A stretch of DNA of 64,000 nucleotides from a bacterium (GTDB lineage Bacteria; Bacillota_I; Bacilli_A; Mycoplasmatales; Mycoplasmoidaceae), in the NCBI GenBank assembly GCA_017445805.1, contig JAFSSC010000005.1:43683-107682 (forward strand). The letters are read 5' to 3'. The notes under the pieces are model-generated. The model saw only the letters and a list, made by a program, of their open reading frames with translations. It did no database searches and was not told where the DNA came from. Every line of letters begins with the position of its first letter. The first letter of the stretch is position 1. Of the stretch, positions 26,079 through 38,583 are shown in pieces. Both the position numbers and the translations under genes were made by a program.

Positions 26079-27508
26079 TATTTTTTTAAAATATTTTTTA
26101 ATAATGACATAGATAAAACAGGATTTGCTTGACCTTTTGTCATTTCCATTAATTTTCCAATGATCATTTTTTCTACTTTTTCTGGTCTTGTATCATGTTC
26201 ATTGATAAGTTTGGGATTGGAAGAAATGATTTGCATAAGAAGTGAATTTAATGTTTTTTCATCAGTGATTTGTTTAAAATTAAACTTATCAATAATATGT
26301 TCAACAGAGGCGTTAGTTTTATGTATTTCAACGATTATTTTTTTTCCATGCTTATTATTGATCTTCCCTTCTTTTAAAAATTTTAGCATAATGATAATTT
26401 GATCAATTTTTGCTTTTGAAAAATTTTTAATTGGAAAATTATCTTTTTTCAATAAACCAACTAATTCAATAACAATTCATGTAGTTGCTAATTTGTAATC
26501 ATTAATTTTATTTGCAACATAGTAAAAAATTTTGAATAAATCAAAATTATTTAGCAAAATTTCACTAATTTTACAATCAACATTATTTTGATATAAATCT
26601 TTTTCAATTTTATCACGATCAAATCTTATACTATTTATCGCTTTATTGATAAATTCCTTGGTTAATTTAATTGTAGGGATGTTAGGTTCGGGAATGTAAT
26701 GATATTCTTTTTCACCAGTTTTTTCACGCATAAATATTGTTTTATTTAATTTTTCGTCTCATTTTTTTGTCGCTTGAATAATTGGTTTATCTAATAAAAG
26801 TGAAGAAACATGCTGTTCAAATTCATATTCAATTGCTTTCTTAATATTTAAAAAAGAATTGAGATTTTTTATTTCAACTCGTGTTCCTAATGCTTTGGTT
26901 CCATATAATTTGACGGATAAATTAATGTCTGCACGTAGCGAACCGTCTTCCATCTTGGCATCAGATATTTCAGTAAAATTCAAAATTTGTTTAAGTTTTG
27001 TCAAATATTGAACAGCCTCATAACTTGATGAAATATTACAATCAGAAACTATTTCAATTAGTGGCATTCCACTTCGATTGTAATCAAGCATAATTTTATT
27101 GTCAAAATTTATTTGTTTTGCTGTGTCTTCTTCAATATGAATTTCTTTAATTAAAATTTTTTTCAATTCATTTTTTTCATTTTTTATCTCAAGATAACCA
27201 TTTATACCAATTGGACAAAATTTTTGTGTAATTTGGAATCCCTTTGGTAAATCAAGATAAAAATAATTTTTGCGGTCGAAAATCAATTCATCACTAATCG
27301 ACATATTTAATTTCTTGGCTAAACAAATTGCTTTCTCAACAACATATTGATTAACTGTTGGCAAAAGTCCTGGCATTGCTACATCGAAAGCACTAACATT
27401 TTCATTTATTTGATCATAATGACAAGACTTACTATGTGAAAACATTTTTGTTTTCGCGTTAACAACAACATGCACTTCAATTCCAATAATTTGCTGAAAA
27501 TTATTCAT
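26078..27508 (-). CDS. gatB: Asp/Glu-tRNA amidotransferase subunit B
   Basis: MNNFQQIIGIEVHVVVNAKTKMFS... Three in-frame pieces join. ATG 27508 overlaps the gatA end, and an alternative TTG lies at 27520. Confidence 0.92.
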
Positions 27509-28940
27509 TGTTTCTTCCAATAATATCTTCTAATGTATAAGCAATATTTAGTAAATTCATATCATCATAAATTTTCGCACGTAAGTGAATATTTATCGGC
27601 ATATCGTTATTCTTTGTTCATGGTAAAGAAATTGAAGGTGTTCCGACAAAATTATCAATCATCAAATGGTTATCATATGATAGATCGTGGTTTGATTTTT
27701 CTTGATATAAATCTAGTGCTTCGCAACAGCAGCATGGCATTAAAATAACATCACCTAATGACAATGTTGTTAAATGAAAATGTTGTAATCATGAACGGAA
27801 TCTACATGCTTGTAAATAGATATTTTCAAAATTATCATTGTTCATTAAATATGAACCTAATGTTAGTCTTGCTTTGAATTCTTTATCAAAGAAAAGTGTG
27901 CGATTTTTTGTTGCGAATTTCTCATAAGTAGTGGGTTGGGAATTAGCATTTTCACCAAAGAGATTACCAATCAAGTTATTATGGCAGCTACAAGCATTAG
28001 TAAATGTTAAAACTTGATAAATTGTTGGTAAAAGTGAAAAAAATTTTTGATCAAAGTTTTGTTCAATAATTTCATGACCTATTTTCTTCAATTTTTCACA
28101 TAAATTAAAAAATTTATTTCTAATTTTATCTTCTAGTTTTTCTAATAAATTTTTATAGATAATAAACTTTATTTTTTTTATTATTTTGAGTTTTTTAAAA
28201 TTAACACTTTTCGGATTCCTTGTTGAAGTTAAATCTGTACAATCATATTTTTGTAAGTAGGTCGCAACAATGCACGCATCCATCACATATTTACTAATAA
28301 TTCCAACAGTATCTTGTGATGGTGAAAAAGGAATTATTCCATTGCGTGAGATCAAACCATAAGTTGGTTTATAACCAATAACACCAACATATGATGATGG
28401 TTTGACAATTGAATCTCCTGTGTCAGTCGCAATAGCAAATGTTGAAAATCCCATTGCGACATTGCAAACACTACCACTACTACTACCAGCAGTTGATTTA
28501 GATAAATTTAATGGGTTTTTTACACAACCTGTAAAACAAAACTCTCCCTTACCCCCTAAACCATATTCATCCATTGCATCCTTGGATAGTAAAATTGCTC
28601 CTTCTTTTTGCAAAATTTCATAAGTTGTTGCACTATAAGTAGGGATAAAATTTTTTAGAAACCTACTTCCTGCAGTTGTCAAGATATTTTTCGTGCAAAT
28701 ATTGTCTTTTAATGAGTACGGTATTCCATAAAGAAGATTATCATCATAAAGATTTCTTTTGTCAAATTTTGCAATATTTTCAATAACATCTTTTTTTAAA
28801 TTAGTAATTACACTATTGCATGATTTATATCGATCAAGAAGAAGATATTTTTGTTTAATTAGGTCTTCGAATGTGACTAAACCATTCTTTAAATCATTAT
28901 GAATTTTCAAAATGTTACTTCGCATCATTTTTGTTATCAT
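27501..28940 (-). CDS. gatA: Asp/Glu-tRNA amidotransferase subunit A (amidase signature)
   Basis: The amidase signature reads GGKGEF...TAGSSSGSVCNVAMGFSTFAIATDTGDSIVKPSSYVGVIGYKPTYG. The frame extends past TGA at 27789 to TAA 27503..27501. The start may be one of the downstream ATGs at 28928 or 28925. Confidence 0.92.
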
Positions 28941-29190
28941 TAGAAATAAAAAAAATTTTCTTAACGATTATTTTTTCATTATTACTTTTATCATAAACAT
29001 CTTTTCTAAATTGATAATCATTGTTTATTGAGCAACTAAAGACAGGTTTGTATTTTTTAAGATCGATTTTCATTAATTCTTGAATTTTTTCATCAATCGA
29101 TGAATATTTTTTTTTAATATTATCTATTTCTTCCTCTGTTAGTTCAAGAAGAATTTTTTTTGCTGCGATTTTAATTAATAATTTGTCCAT
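28915..29190 (-). CDS. gatC: Asp/Glu-tRNA amidotransferase subunit C
   Basis: 91-aa ORF heading gatCAB. Confidence 0.8.
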   Translation of the reverse strand: MDKLLIKIAAKKILLELTEEEIDNIKKKYSSIDEKIQELMKIDLKKYKPVFSCSINNDYQFRKDVYDKSNNEKIIVKKIFFISNDNKNDAK

Positions 29191-29221
29191 ATATAAATTA
29201 TGGTATAGTTAACGATTATTC

Positions 29222-30334
29222 CTATTGTAAACTTTGTTTCTTATTGTAAGATATCTTAAAAATGAAATAGATAATAGATGTATTAATAATTGATAAAAAA
29301 ATAATAGTAAATGATCTTATAACAATTCAATGCGTAAGCGGATAAATTGAAAAATCTGCATCAAAGTATGGTAGAAAAAATATTCCGATAATTGCTTCCG
29401 ATAGCACGACGGCTGAAATAATAACTGAAAATGACATCAAATTTTGTGATCAATCCATATTTTTTGTTAGTAGGCGACAATCAATAATTTTTTTTCGCAA
29501 ATCACCAAATTTTACTACTTTTTTTGCATAGTTCTTTGTGCATAAATTAGCTCATTGTTGTTTATTAAATCTATTTTTGTTGATTTGTAAAGGAATTTTA
29601 TAGAAAAATAAAAATTTTAATCGATATAAAAATAAGAGAAAAAAGTATTTAAAACGAATAATAAATATCAATCATAATGTAGTAAAAAGAAAAATGTAAA
29701 TTGAGTAATTAATCCAAATAATATCGTTTTTTCTAAAAATCATTTTCCCACCAAAAATTGAAATTTGGAAAAGATCAATTTCTAAACCATTAATGTATTT
29801 TCATAATATTGTTGCCAATGCAAAAATTAAAATTGTAATACCAAAAATAAATATTGAATTATTTTTTTTTGCGAAATTTCATAGCATTTTGACATAACCT
29901 GAAATCAAACCATAAAACATTGCAGCAAAAAAGAATCCATAATGGAAAGAACATGAAGAGATAATAATCGTCAATAAATCGGTTGTTGCTCCAATAAAAA
30001 CACCTACTATTGGTCCGAACATTAAACCACCAATTTTAATTAGGACACCTTCAATTAAAATTCTTACTCCTGGATAAGCAATAAAAAAAACATTAAAAGC
30101 GCCCGATGTTAAAAAAGACAAAATTAGGATTATTGCAACCGAAAGTGAAATTGTCATTGCAATACTAGTTATTGTCTTTATTGAAAATTGGGTAAAAACA
30201 TGATACTTCTTTTTAAATTTAGCAACTTTTCACACTTTTTTTGCTACATCAATAAGAATTGCAAAAAAGAATAAACAAAGAAAAAGTACGATTATTTGTT
30301 TAATCGATAGAGTTGATTTTAATTTTGAGTTCAT
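29222..30334 (-). CDS. polytopic membrane protein, N-terminal half ECF-transporter S-component-like
   Basis: 370 aa re-joined across many TGA codons. The glycine-rich helices KIGGLMFGPIVGVFIGATTDLL are typical of ECF S components. The C-terminal roughly 190 aa adds further TM helices of unknown type. Confidence 0.5.
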
Positions 30335-30400
30335 TAAAATTATTTAATAAAATTATAAAACATGCATTGAACATCATGATACACGTTTATTGAGAATTAA

Positions 30401-30763
30401 TTATTTAATGTCAACTTTAGCACCAGCATCGGTAAACTTTTTTGCAATTTCCTTTGCTTCCTCTGGTTTAATTCCTTCTTTAATTACACATGGTACTTTA
30501 TCAACTGCGCTTTTTGCATCCATCAAACCTAACCCAGTTATTTCACGGTAGAGTTTAATAATTGCAACTTTTTGTGCTCCAGCATCTGTTAAAGTTAATG
30601 TAACCAAACTAGGTGCTACTGTAGCAGCAGGAGATGCAGTAGCAACCGGAATAGCCGCTGAAACATGAAATTCATCTTCGATTGCTTTTACTAAATCATT
30701 AATTTCCACCAAACTCATTTCTTTTAGTGAGTCAATAATTTGTTGATTTGTTAATTTTGCCAT
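30401..30763 (-). CDS. rplL: 50S ribosomal protein L7/L12
   Basis: 120-aa ORF with an Ala-rich hinge and C-terminal ...AGAKVDIK. Confidence 0.96.
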   Translation of the reverse strand: MAKLTNQQIIDSLKEMSLVEINDLVKAIEDEFHVSAAIPVATASPAATVAPSLVTLTLTDAGAQKVAIIKLYREITGLGLMDAKSAVDKVPCVIKEGIKPEEAKEIAKKFTDAGAKVDIK

Positions 30764-30789
30764 AATTTTTTATCCTTTTTTAATTTATA

Positions 30790-31269
30790 TTATTTCTTTA
30801 TTGCTTTTAATCCGTATAGTAATTTTTTGATTGGAGCCAATAGACATGAAAGAACCATTGAATACAATCCATCTCTATTCGGAATGGCAGCAATTGTTGG
30901 TAATTGTTCATTAGTAATTATTTTATTTTCTAAATAGCCAAATTTGTATTTAACAGCTTTATTGTTTTTCATTGCATCATAAACGACTTTAAAACCAATA
31001 ATTTCATCATCGTTACAAAACATAATTGCATTTGGTCCTACCATTTCTGGTATATTTTCAACTTTTACCTCATGTAGTGCACGATTAAGAATATTGTTTT
31101 TTATAATTGCAATAGATGCTTTTTTCTCATGCATTTTTGTTCGCATTTTTGTCATTTTCTTCACATCAAGACCAAAATATTCAAAAACTAAGAAAGATTT
31201 AGCTTTTTTAATTTTCTCAATACAATCAGCGGTTTGTTTCGCTTTAAGTTCAATAATCTTTTTTGACAT
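30790..31269 (-). CDS. rplJ: 50S ribosomal protein L10
   Basis: Start set at MSKKIIELKAKQ, 5 nt after AAGGA. The upstream track codons are probably leader. Confidence 0.9.
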   Translation of the reverse strand: MSKKIIELKAKQTADCIEKIKKAKSFLVFEYFGLDVKKMTKMRTKMHEKKASIAIIKNNILNRALHEVKVENIPEMVGPNAIMFCNDDEIIGFKVVYDAMKNNKAVKYKFGYLENKIITNEQLPTIAAIPNRDGLYSMVLSCLLAPIKKLLYGLKAIKK

Positions 31270-31408
31270 ATTCATCCTTAATGAACAAGAATTACAATAA
31301 CCAAATACCAATAACACTAAACAATAATTATATTGTTAAAAGACTTCATTACCTCGGTAACAAATTAAGGAATTATCCAGTTACTGTCTTTGGTATATTG
31401 CATGATTA

Positions 31409-32737
31409 TTATAAGATAAAAGGATAGATTATTAAATAAAATACCTTTTTTATTTGCATAGTGAAATTACTTTTATTTTTTTTAATTGGCGAGCAATTCT
31501 TTATTGCATCATCAAAAATTTTCAAAAAATAATTTTTTTTATTGCGAAAATTGAATCAAAATATTGGATAAATGGATGGTAAAGCAGAGTCACAATTAAA
31601 ATTATTTGTTAAAAGAACGATATCATCATCAATAATAATGAAAGAATTATTAATCTTCTTTGCTGTTTCTCACCACAAGTTTTTTTCCACAAGTAAAGAT
31701 TTATTTAATGAAAAGTTAATAGCATAAAGAAAATTAGATAAATTAGATGTTATTATTTTGACATCAATGTTTTTTTTAATGGCAAATTGCAAAGATAATT
31801 TTATCGAATTACTAGGAAAAAAATAATTTGAAAAAATTTTAATCGATTTTTTTGCTGTGTAAATTAAATCGAGAAGGATTGTATTTAAATTTAATGTCAT
31901 ACCAAAGTATTGAACATGACTTTCTATTGCATTAAAATTATTTGCTGGTAATTCGCGTAAAACATTTTGGTCATGTTGTGGTTTTTCACTAATCCAATTA
32001 AAAAAGCATGTCTTCAAAGCATTGACGATTTTGCCATTAATAACAAAGTTGCAATTAAAAAAATTATTAAAATTACCATATAAAGCTTGGTTATCATCAA
32101 TTATTACTAAAACATTATGTGTGTTAATCGCACTGAAGGGAATAGATATTTTGTTAAAAAAAATGTTAGAATCTTTATATTTTTTGATTTTTTTTATATT
32201 AATACATGAATTGTGATTAATAAAAATTTTTACCTTTTTTGTTTTTGCAATATCGATTAAAAGTTCTATTAAACCATTGTTCGTTAAAAGTTCATAATCA
32301 CGATATGTGAAAATTTGCAATAAAATTATTTTTTTTGCATGTTCAAAAAAATCTTTCATTTTTTCTAACAAATTGAATCCAAAAATACAATTATTTTTTG
32401 GTCATGTTGCATTTTTTCAATCAAAATTTCGAATATTTATTGGTGAAAAATTTTTTTTAATATGTTTATTCTTTTTTTGATTGATTATTTCTCAAATCAA
32501 ATAAAATAAAATACCAAAAAACGGAAAAATAATAATGATAAGGATCAAGCGATTTTTCAAAATGCTATTATATTTTTTATCATTAAAAATAGTTAGACAT
32601 AATGCGACACTTGCAAAAAAAAATATGATAAAAAAAATGGTAAGAAAAATCATCATTTTTTGGTAAAAGTAAAAGTAATTTAAAAAATTTAGCAATAAGA
32701 AAAATGATGAAAGCAATGATATTTTTGATATATTCAT
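31409..32737 (-). CDS. phospholipase D / cardiolipin synthase-like membrane protein with degenerate HKD motifs
   Basis: Two N-terminal TM helices are followed by two PLD-like repeats. The first reads NTHNVLVIIDDNQALYGNFN (His kept, Lys position is Val). The second reads KINNSFIIIDDDIVLLTNNFN (His and Lys positions are Asn and Ser). Confidence 0.6.
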
Positions 32738-33456
32738 TATTTTTTATTATAGAAATGAAAAAAATTTTGATCGAGAATCTTAATACCTAAACTATTTTTT
32801 ATATATACAACCAAATAATTAATAAGTGATTGGTAATAACTACTAAAATTATTAATTGAATCATATTTTTCTTTAAATAAAAAATGAACAAGTTTATTAA
32901 AATTTAATGGATAAAGTTCTTTATTGTTTTGTGTAAAACAATTTTGACAAATCAATCCTTTTAAATTAAAATTCATTGTTTTGATTTTGTTTGAACCGCA
33001 CAAAACACATTTATCAACAAACAATTCAACTCCTGATAATTTGCAAAACTTTTGAAGAATGATAAGTTGTGCTTTTTGATCATTAAAAGTTGGATTAGTT
33101 GCTAATGGTAAAAGATTTTTATAAAAAACAAGATTTTTTATTGATGGATAAATTAATTTGTTTGCTAATTCATTTAAGAGAAAAAAACTAGTTCTAAAAA
33201 TAGGTCATTGAATTTGTTTAATAACATTAACCTTGACAAGCTTACTTATTTTATTTATCTCTCGTGCTAGAAAAAAAATGAATTCACAATAATTACCGAT
33301 TTGAAGGTTACGTGCATTTTTACTATATATTTTTTTTGTTCCTTTCGCCAAACAAACAAACTTATTTCCATAATCATCAATAAAAGTAATTATTTCATCA
33401 AATGTACCATGATCAAGGCGTGCGATTAAAAATCCCTTTGTTATTGTTTGACTCAT
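32737..33456 (-). CDS. recO: DNA repair protein RecO
   Basis: OB-fold N-terminus plus Cys4 zinc motif (CVLCGS...CQNC). Two in-frame pieces join. The conserved era-recO order is present. Confidence 0.82.
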
Positions 33457-34338
33457 CTATTTATTAAAATAACCTAGTGATGTCAATGCATTTTCATCAT
33501 TTCTTCACTTTAATTTAACCTTGACGAACAATTTCAACATAATTTTACAATCAAAAATTCTTAATAATTCGTGGCGCGATTTTGTTCCAATTTTTTTTAT
33601 CATTTCTCCGTTTTTGCCAATGACAATTTGTTTTTGTGATTTCTTTTCTACAATTAAATTAGCATTTATTGTTAGGAGTCTTTTTTCAGTATCATATTTC
33701 CTATTTACAATTTCTACTGCCAATGAATGTGGTACTTCATATTTTAAAAGAAAAAGACTTTGTTCACGGATTATTTCTTTAATCAAAAAATCATCATTAT
33801 CAATATTAGGATTCAATGAAATAAAATCATCATTATCAATCAAACTATAAATTAAATTAATAAGATTATTAATGTGTTCCTTGTTAAAGGAATTAATCAA
33901 AATCAAATTATTTGTTTTTAGTTTTTCATGATATGGACTCAAATTAATTGTTTTATTTAAATCAATTTTTGTTAAAACATAAACTATTTTAGATATTGCG
34001 TAACTTTTAATGATATTAAGTAGTATTTCATCGTCTTTAGTAAAGCCTTTGCATGAATCAATTAAAAATAAAACAAATGTGACATTTTTTAATGATGTTT
34101 TTATTTGCGAATTTAGAAAAGAATCAAGTTTGGTTTTTGGTTTATGAAAACCTGGTGTATCAACGAATAAGATTCTAATTTTATTACCTTCATAAAGGGC
34201 CATAATTGAATTACGTGTTGTTTGTGGTTTATACGAAACAATTGAAATTTTTTTATTAAAAATTTGATTTATTAGTGTGCTTTTTCCAACATTGGGTTGC
34301 CCAATAATTGCGATTGAACACTGCTTTTTATTTTTCAT
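33457..34338 (-). CDS. era: GTPase Era
   Basis: G1 motif GQPNVGKST, G3 motif DTPG and a C-terminal KH domain. The frame extends past TGA 33505 to TAG 33459..33457. Confidence 0.93.
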
Positions 34339-34780
34339 GATTGTATTTACATTTTAAAATTTTATTCGTTAATTTGGTCATAAGGTTTCAATTTTTATTT
34401 GTCGAATGTGTGTAACCAAATAAATGCAAAAGACCATGAATAAATAGAAAAGAAAAATAATCAATAAATCGTATTGATTTAATTTTTGCTTCGTTAATAC
34501 AAACTTCATAGCATATATATATTTCACCTAATAAATTTGTCTTTAATGTTTTTGCATCATTAAGAGCAAATGACAAAACATTAGTTGCATTATTTTTTTT
34601 ATGATATTTTTTATTTAGTTTCATCATTTCTCTTTGATTGACAACATTACAATCAAATATATATTTTTTTTTAATTTTAAGAATTTTTATTGCTTGCTTG
34701 CATAAATAATTGCATTTTGATAATATTTTCTTATGTTCTTTTAAAACTTTATTGCGATCACTAATTGAAAAAATTAGCAT
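34328..34780 (-). CDS. ybeY: rRNA maturation endoribonuclease YbeY
   Basis: The zinc motif HGLLHLFGYTH is present. The frame extends past TGA 34388 to TAA 34330..34328, overlapping the era start. Confidence 0.9.
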
Positions 34781-35637
34781 TTGTTTTTAATGTAAATATT
34801 ATAAATTAGTGATGCCGACATTTTTATTTTTGAACTAATGATTTTGCAAGCATTTTTTAATGATATTTCCTTTGTATTACTAATTGTTTCATCAATCATA
34901 TTAATAATTTCTTGATTGGTAAATAATTTTGGTTTTATTTGATCTTTTACATGTGAATCAACAATTACAACGAACTCCCCTTTTGTTGTAATTTCATTAA
35001 TTATTTCTTCATAATGTCCACGATAGATTGTTTCATTAATTTTTGTTAGTTCGCGACAAACAACAAAGAAAGGATTATTAAAGATCAAAAACATATCTTT
35101 TAGCGATTCTTTAATCCGATGAACAGATTCAAAAAAAACAATCGGATTTTTTTTATTAATTTCAATTAGGTCCTTTAGTCTAAAAATTCGTTGTTTTTTA
35201 TTTGAAGGCAAAAAACCATTAAAATAAAAATTATTTAAATTTAATCCAGAAACAGTTAATGAATGAACAAGACTACTTGGACCATTAATTATTTCGATGA
35301 AAATACCATTTTTGTAACATTCATTTACTAAAAGATAACCTGGATCGGATATGCATGGATAACCAGCATCCGAAATCAATATTGTTTTTTGTGATTTAAT
35401 TTTTTGAATTGCCAAATTCAATTGTTTTTTTTCATTAAATTTTTGATAACAAATTAATTCTTTATTTTTAAGGTTGAATTTGGCAATTAATTTCATTGCA
35501 ATTCTTGTGTCCTCACATAAAATACACTCACTATCCTTTAATGCGTTAAGAAAGCGATTGGATACTTCCTCTAAATTTCCAATTGGTGTAGCAAGAATTT
35601 GCAATTTTATTCTTGTATTTTTTAGTGAAAAAAGCAT
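34774..35637 (-). CDS. rsmI: 16S rRNA (cytidine1402-2'-O)-methyltransferase
   Basis: 287-aa uninterrupted ORF with tetrapyrrole-methylase-fold motifs (LATPIGNLEEVS, ILCEDTR, SDAGYPCISDPG). Confidence 0.88.
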   Translation of the reverse strand: MLFSLKNTRIKLQILATPIGNLEEVSNRFLNALKDSECILCEDTRIAMKLIAKFNLKNKELICYQKFNEKKQLNLAIQKIKSQKTILISDAGYPCISDPGYLLVNECYKNGIFIEIINGPSSLVHSLTVSGLNLNNFYFNGFLPSNKKQRIFRLKDLIEINKKNPIVFFESVHRIKESLKDMFLIFNNPFFVVCRELTKINETIYRGHYEEIINEITTKGEFVVIVDSHVKDQIKPKLFTNQEIINMIDETISNTKEISLKNACKIISSKIKMSASLIYNIYIKNKC

Positions 35638-35685
35638 TATTAGATAATTATATTTTTGGTAAAAACAAAAAAATATAATTTAGAT

Positions 35686-35994
35686 ATGAATATTCAAAAT
35701 TTGATGGCACAAGCACAAAAAGTGCAAAAGGAATTACAAAAAAAACAAGAGGAATTTTATAAAAAAGAATTTGCTTTTGATTACGGAAATGGAGCAATTG
35801 TTATTTTAATTTCCGGTTCAAGTGAAATCAAAAAAATTAAAATAAAAAAAGAACTAATTGATCCTAATGATCCAATAACTTTGCAAGAAATGATTGCTGA
35901 GGCAGTTAATTCAGCATATCAGCAAATTAAAGAAAAATTAGATAAACTTAATGAATCGGTCGTACCAAATTCAAATTTAGGTGGATTGATTTAA
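35686..35994 (+). CDS. ybaB: nucleoid-associated protein YbaB/EbfC
   Basis: MNIQNLMAQAQKVQKELQKKQEE... in the conserved ybaB-recR pair. Confidence 0.85.
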   Translation: MNIQNLMAQAQKVQKELQKKQEEFYKKEFAFDYGNGAIVILISGSSEIKKIKIKKELIDPNDPITLQEMIAEAVNSAYQQIKEKLDKLNESVVPNSNLGGLI

Positions 35995-35997
35995 TTA

Positions 35998-36597
35998 ATG
36001 AAACCCAAAGAATTTGAATATTTGATTGATGCGATAAACAGTTTACCGTCAATTGGAACAAAAGCAGCTGAAAAAATCGCTTATTTTTTGATCAATCAAG
36101 ATGAGAAATATTTGTGTGAATTTATTCATCGGATTAAACAAGCTAAATTAAAAATTAGATATTGTGAACAATGCAATAATTTTAGTTATGAAAAGCTTTG
36201 CTCAATTTGTTCAAATAAAGAAAGAGATAATAAAAAACTTTTGATTGTCAATAATATTAACGAATTAAATAAAATTGAAGCAACAGGCGTTTTTACTGGT
36301 ATTTATTTTGTTTTGAATGATGAAATTAATGTTAAAACCAAAAAAAGCATTAATGGAGAGATTATAAAAAAATTGATTTCATTGTGCAAAAAGAAATTAT
36401 TTAATGAGATAACAATTGCAACAAATTTTACAATTAATGGTGAAGCAACAAATATTTTTATAAAAAAATTATTATCACAAATTTTACCGAATGTATCTTT
36501 TTATAAATTAGCAATTGGTTTACCAATTAATTCTGCTCTTGACTATGCGGATGAAAAAACGCTAAAAGTGGCAATTAAAAATAAAATTAAAGTATAA
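35998..36597 (+). CDS. recR: recombination protein RecR
   Basis: HhH N-terminus (LPSIGTKAAEKIAYF), Cys4 zinc finger (CEQCNN...CSIC) and a Toprim domain. Confidence 0.93.
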   Translation: MKPKEFEYLIDAINSLPSIGTKAAEKIAYFLINQDEKYLCEFIHRIKQAKLKIRYCEQCNNFSYEKLCSICSNKERDNKKLLIVNNINELNKIEATGVFTGIYFVLNDEINVKTKKSINGEIIKKLISLCKKKLFNEITIATNFTINGEATNIFIKKLLSQILPNVSFYKLAIGLPINSALDYADEKTLKVAIKNKIKV

Positions 36598-36600
36598 AAA

Positions 36601-36678
36601 AAGCACCGCACATTTGCTTAACTTAGTGCTGCTCCATTCCTGACCTGACACGGTTCGTACCACAAATTGCGATGCAAA
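36601..36678 (-). ncRNA. ffs: signal recognition particle RNA (small 4.5S-type, about 78 nt)
   Basis: The minus strand reads ...gcatcgcaatttgtggtacgaaccGTGTCAGGTCAGGAATGGAGCAGCACTAAGttaagcaaatgtgcggtgc. This carries the conserved domain IV motif (CAGGUC.GGAA.GGAGCAGC). The 5' and 3' ends pair into a long hairpin. Confidence 0.8.
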
Positions 36679-36690
36679 AGAATTATAAAT

Positions 36691-38583
36691 TTATTTCTTT
36701 TCGTTTATTTTAAAATTCTTTATTTGCTTGAAAAGGATTTCATTATTCTTTTGTAGTTTATTTTTATCAATATCATTATCATTTAAGATTTTATATTTAT
36801 TCTTTTCATAGCGAAGACGATAACAAAGCTCGTCAATTTTTTTTACTAATTTCGAAATTTTTTCTTGATTTTTTTGGTGGTTTAGAGGGACGATTTTATT
36901 TTTTTTTAATCAATTAATTTCGTCAATTTGTGAAGAGATAAAATCATAAAAATTTATTGTAATATTATTACTTTCTATTAAATTAGCAATAATTTTTTCA
37001 ATTGATGTATTTGGCATCGAACCAACTTTTTTAATAAAGCAAATAATCTGGTTTAAAAAATTAAACTCCATTTCTTTATGATTTAATTGCTCATAGACAT
37101 CAATAGCAATTTCAGGAAATAGGATTACATATTTAACTAAATCTTTTAATGATCTTTTTAATGATTGTAGGAGAGAAAAATATTGTTCGGTAAGTTTTTC
37201 TTTTTTTTGTGGATTATCTCATTTTTCAAGTAATATTTCGTTTTTAACAACATATTTTTGCTTTGCAATTTTTTGGTAGGTATTTTTTAAATCGTTGCGA
37301 TCAACTTTTGTTAATTGAACAATCAAATCAATGTACTTACTTCAGAATAAACTATTACCGTATTTTGCAAGCAGCAATAATATATCATGAATAATCGCAT
37401 TGATATTAAGATATTTCATTTCGTGACAAATAGTTTTTATATAAAAAGAGATATAGTCATCATTCTTTTGATCGTTGAGGCAACTTAAGATTTCGTTTTT
37501 ACCAAAATTTACTAAAATTTCATTAACATCTTTCGCTCCTTTTTCGTTTTTAACAACAAAAACATTGTAATTTTCTTTCAAAAATTTCATGCCATTAGTA
37601 ATGGTTGTTTTTTTACCAGCTAAATCATTATCAAATCATAGTAAAATATTCTTGATAAATTTTGCATTCTTAATTAGTTTCATATGTTCAGCTGTGAATG
37701 TTAACCCCATCAATGCGATCACACCATACTCTTTTTCGTTTAAGCCTGCTTCATATAACGAAATCAAATCAATATTACCTTCAACAATAATCAATGTTGC
37801 TGGTTGATTAACACAAACATTTTCGAAATTAAATAAATTATTTGATTTGGAGAATAAAATTGTTTCTTTCGAAAGCAAATATTTAGGTGTTTTTTGTTCG
37901 ATTGTTCGACCAATAAATCCAATGATAAAACCATTTTTATCTTTAATAGGAAAAGTTATTCGATGGTGAAAATAATCTGTAATTTTTTGTGTCTTATCGT
38001 TGATGGAAATTAATGATAATTTGAGTAAATCATCATCATTGAAATTTTCGTCTTTTTTACTAATGAGCAAATTGTGAACAAATGCTTGGTCATCATTATG
38101 ACCACAAAACCCAATTTCAAAGCGATTAATTGTATTTAATGACAACTTTCTTTCGTTCAATAAGTAATTTAAGCATTTTTTATTCACTTCGCTATGTAGC
38201 AAAAGTTTAAATATTTCATTTGCATTTGCATATAAAGTATGAAAACGAGCAATTTTTGCTGAATTTTTATCTTGTTTGTTTGGATAAAAATAACGATTAA
38301 TTTTTTCTTGTGAATATCCTAAAGCAATTGCCAATTCCTTCAATGCTTGGGCAAAAGAAATTTTTTTAAATTTTTGCACGAATGTAATTACATTACCAGT
38401 AGCACCACACGAGAAACATTTATATATTTTCTTTTTTGGTGAAACAGACATTGAAGGATTAGTGTCCGGATGAAAAGGACATAAACAAAAATAGTTAGCA
38501 CCACTTTTTTTTAATTTGACATACTTTCCAATTACATCAACAATATTTGTATGTTCAATGATTTCATTAATCAAACTATTCAT
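36691..38583 (-). CDS. dnaG: DNA primase
   Basis: Zinc-binding motif CLCPFHPDTNPSMSV...YKCFSCGATGN and a Toprim domain (EGNIDLISL). The frame was hand-extended across 4 TGA codons to TAA 36693..36691, giving 630 aa. Confidence 0.92.
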
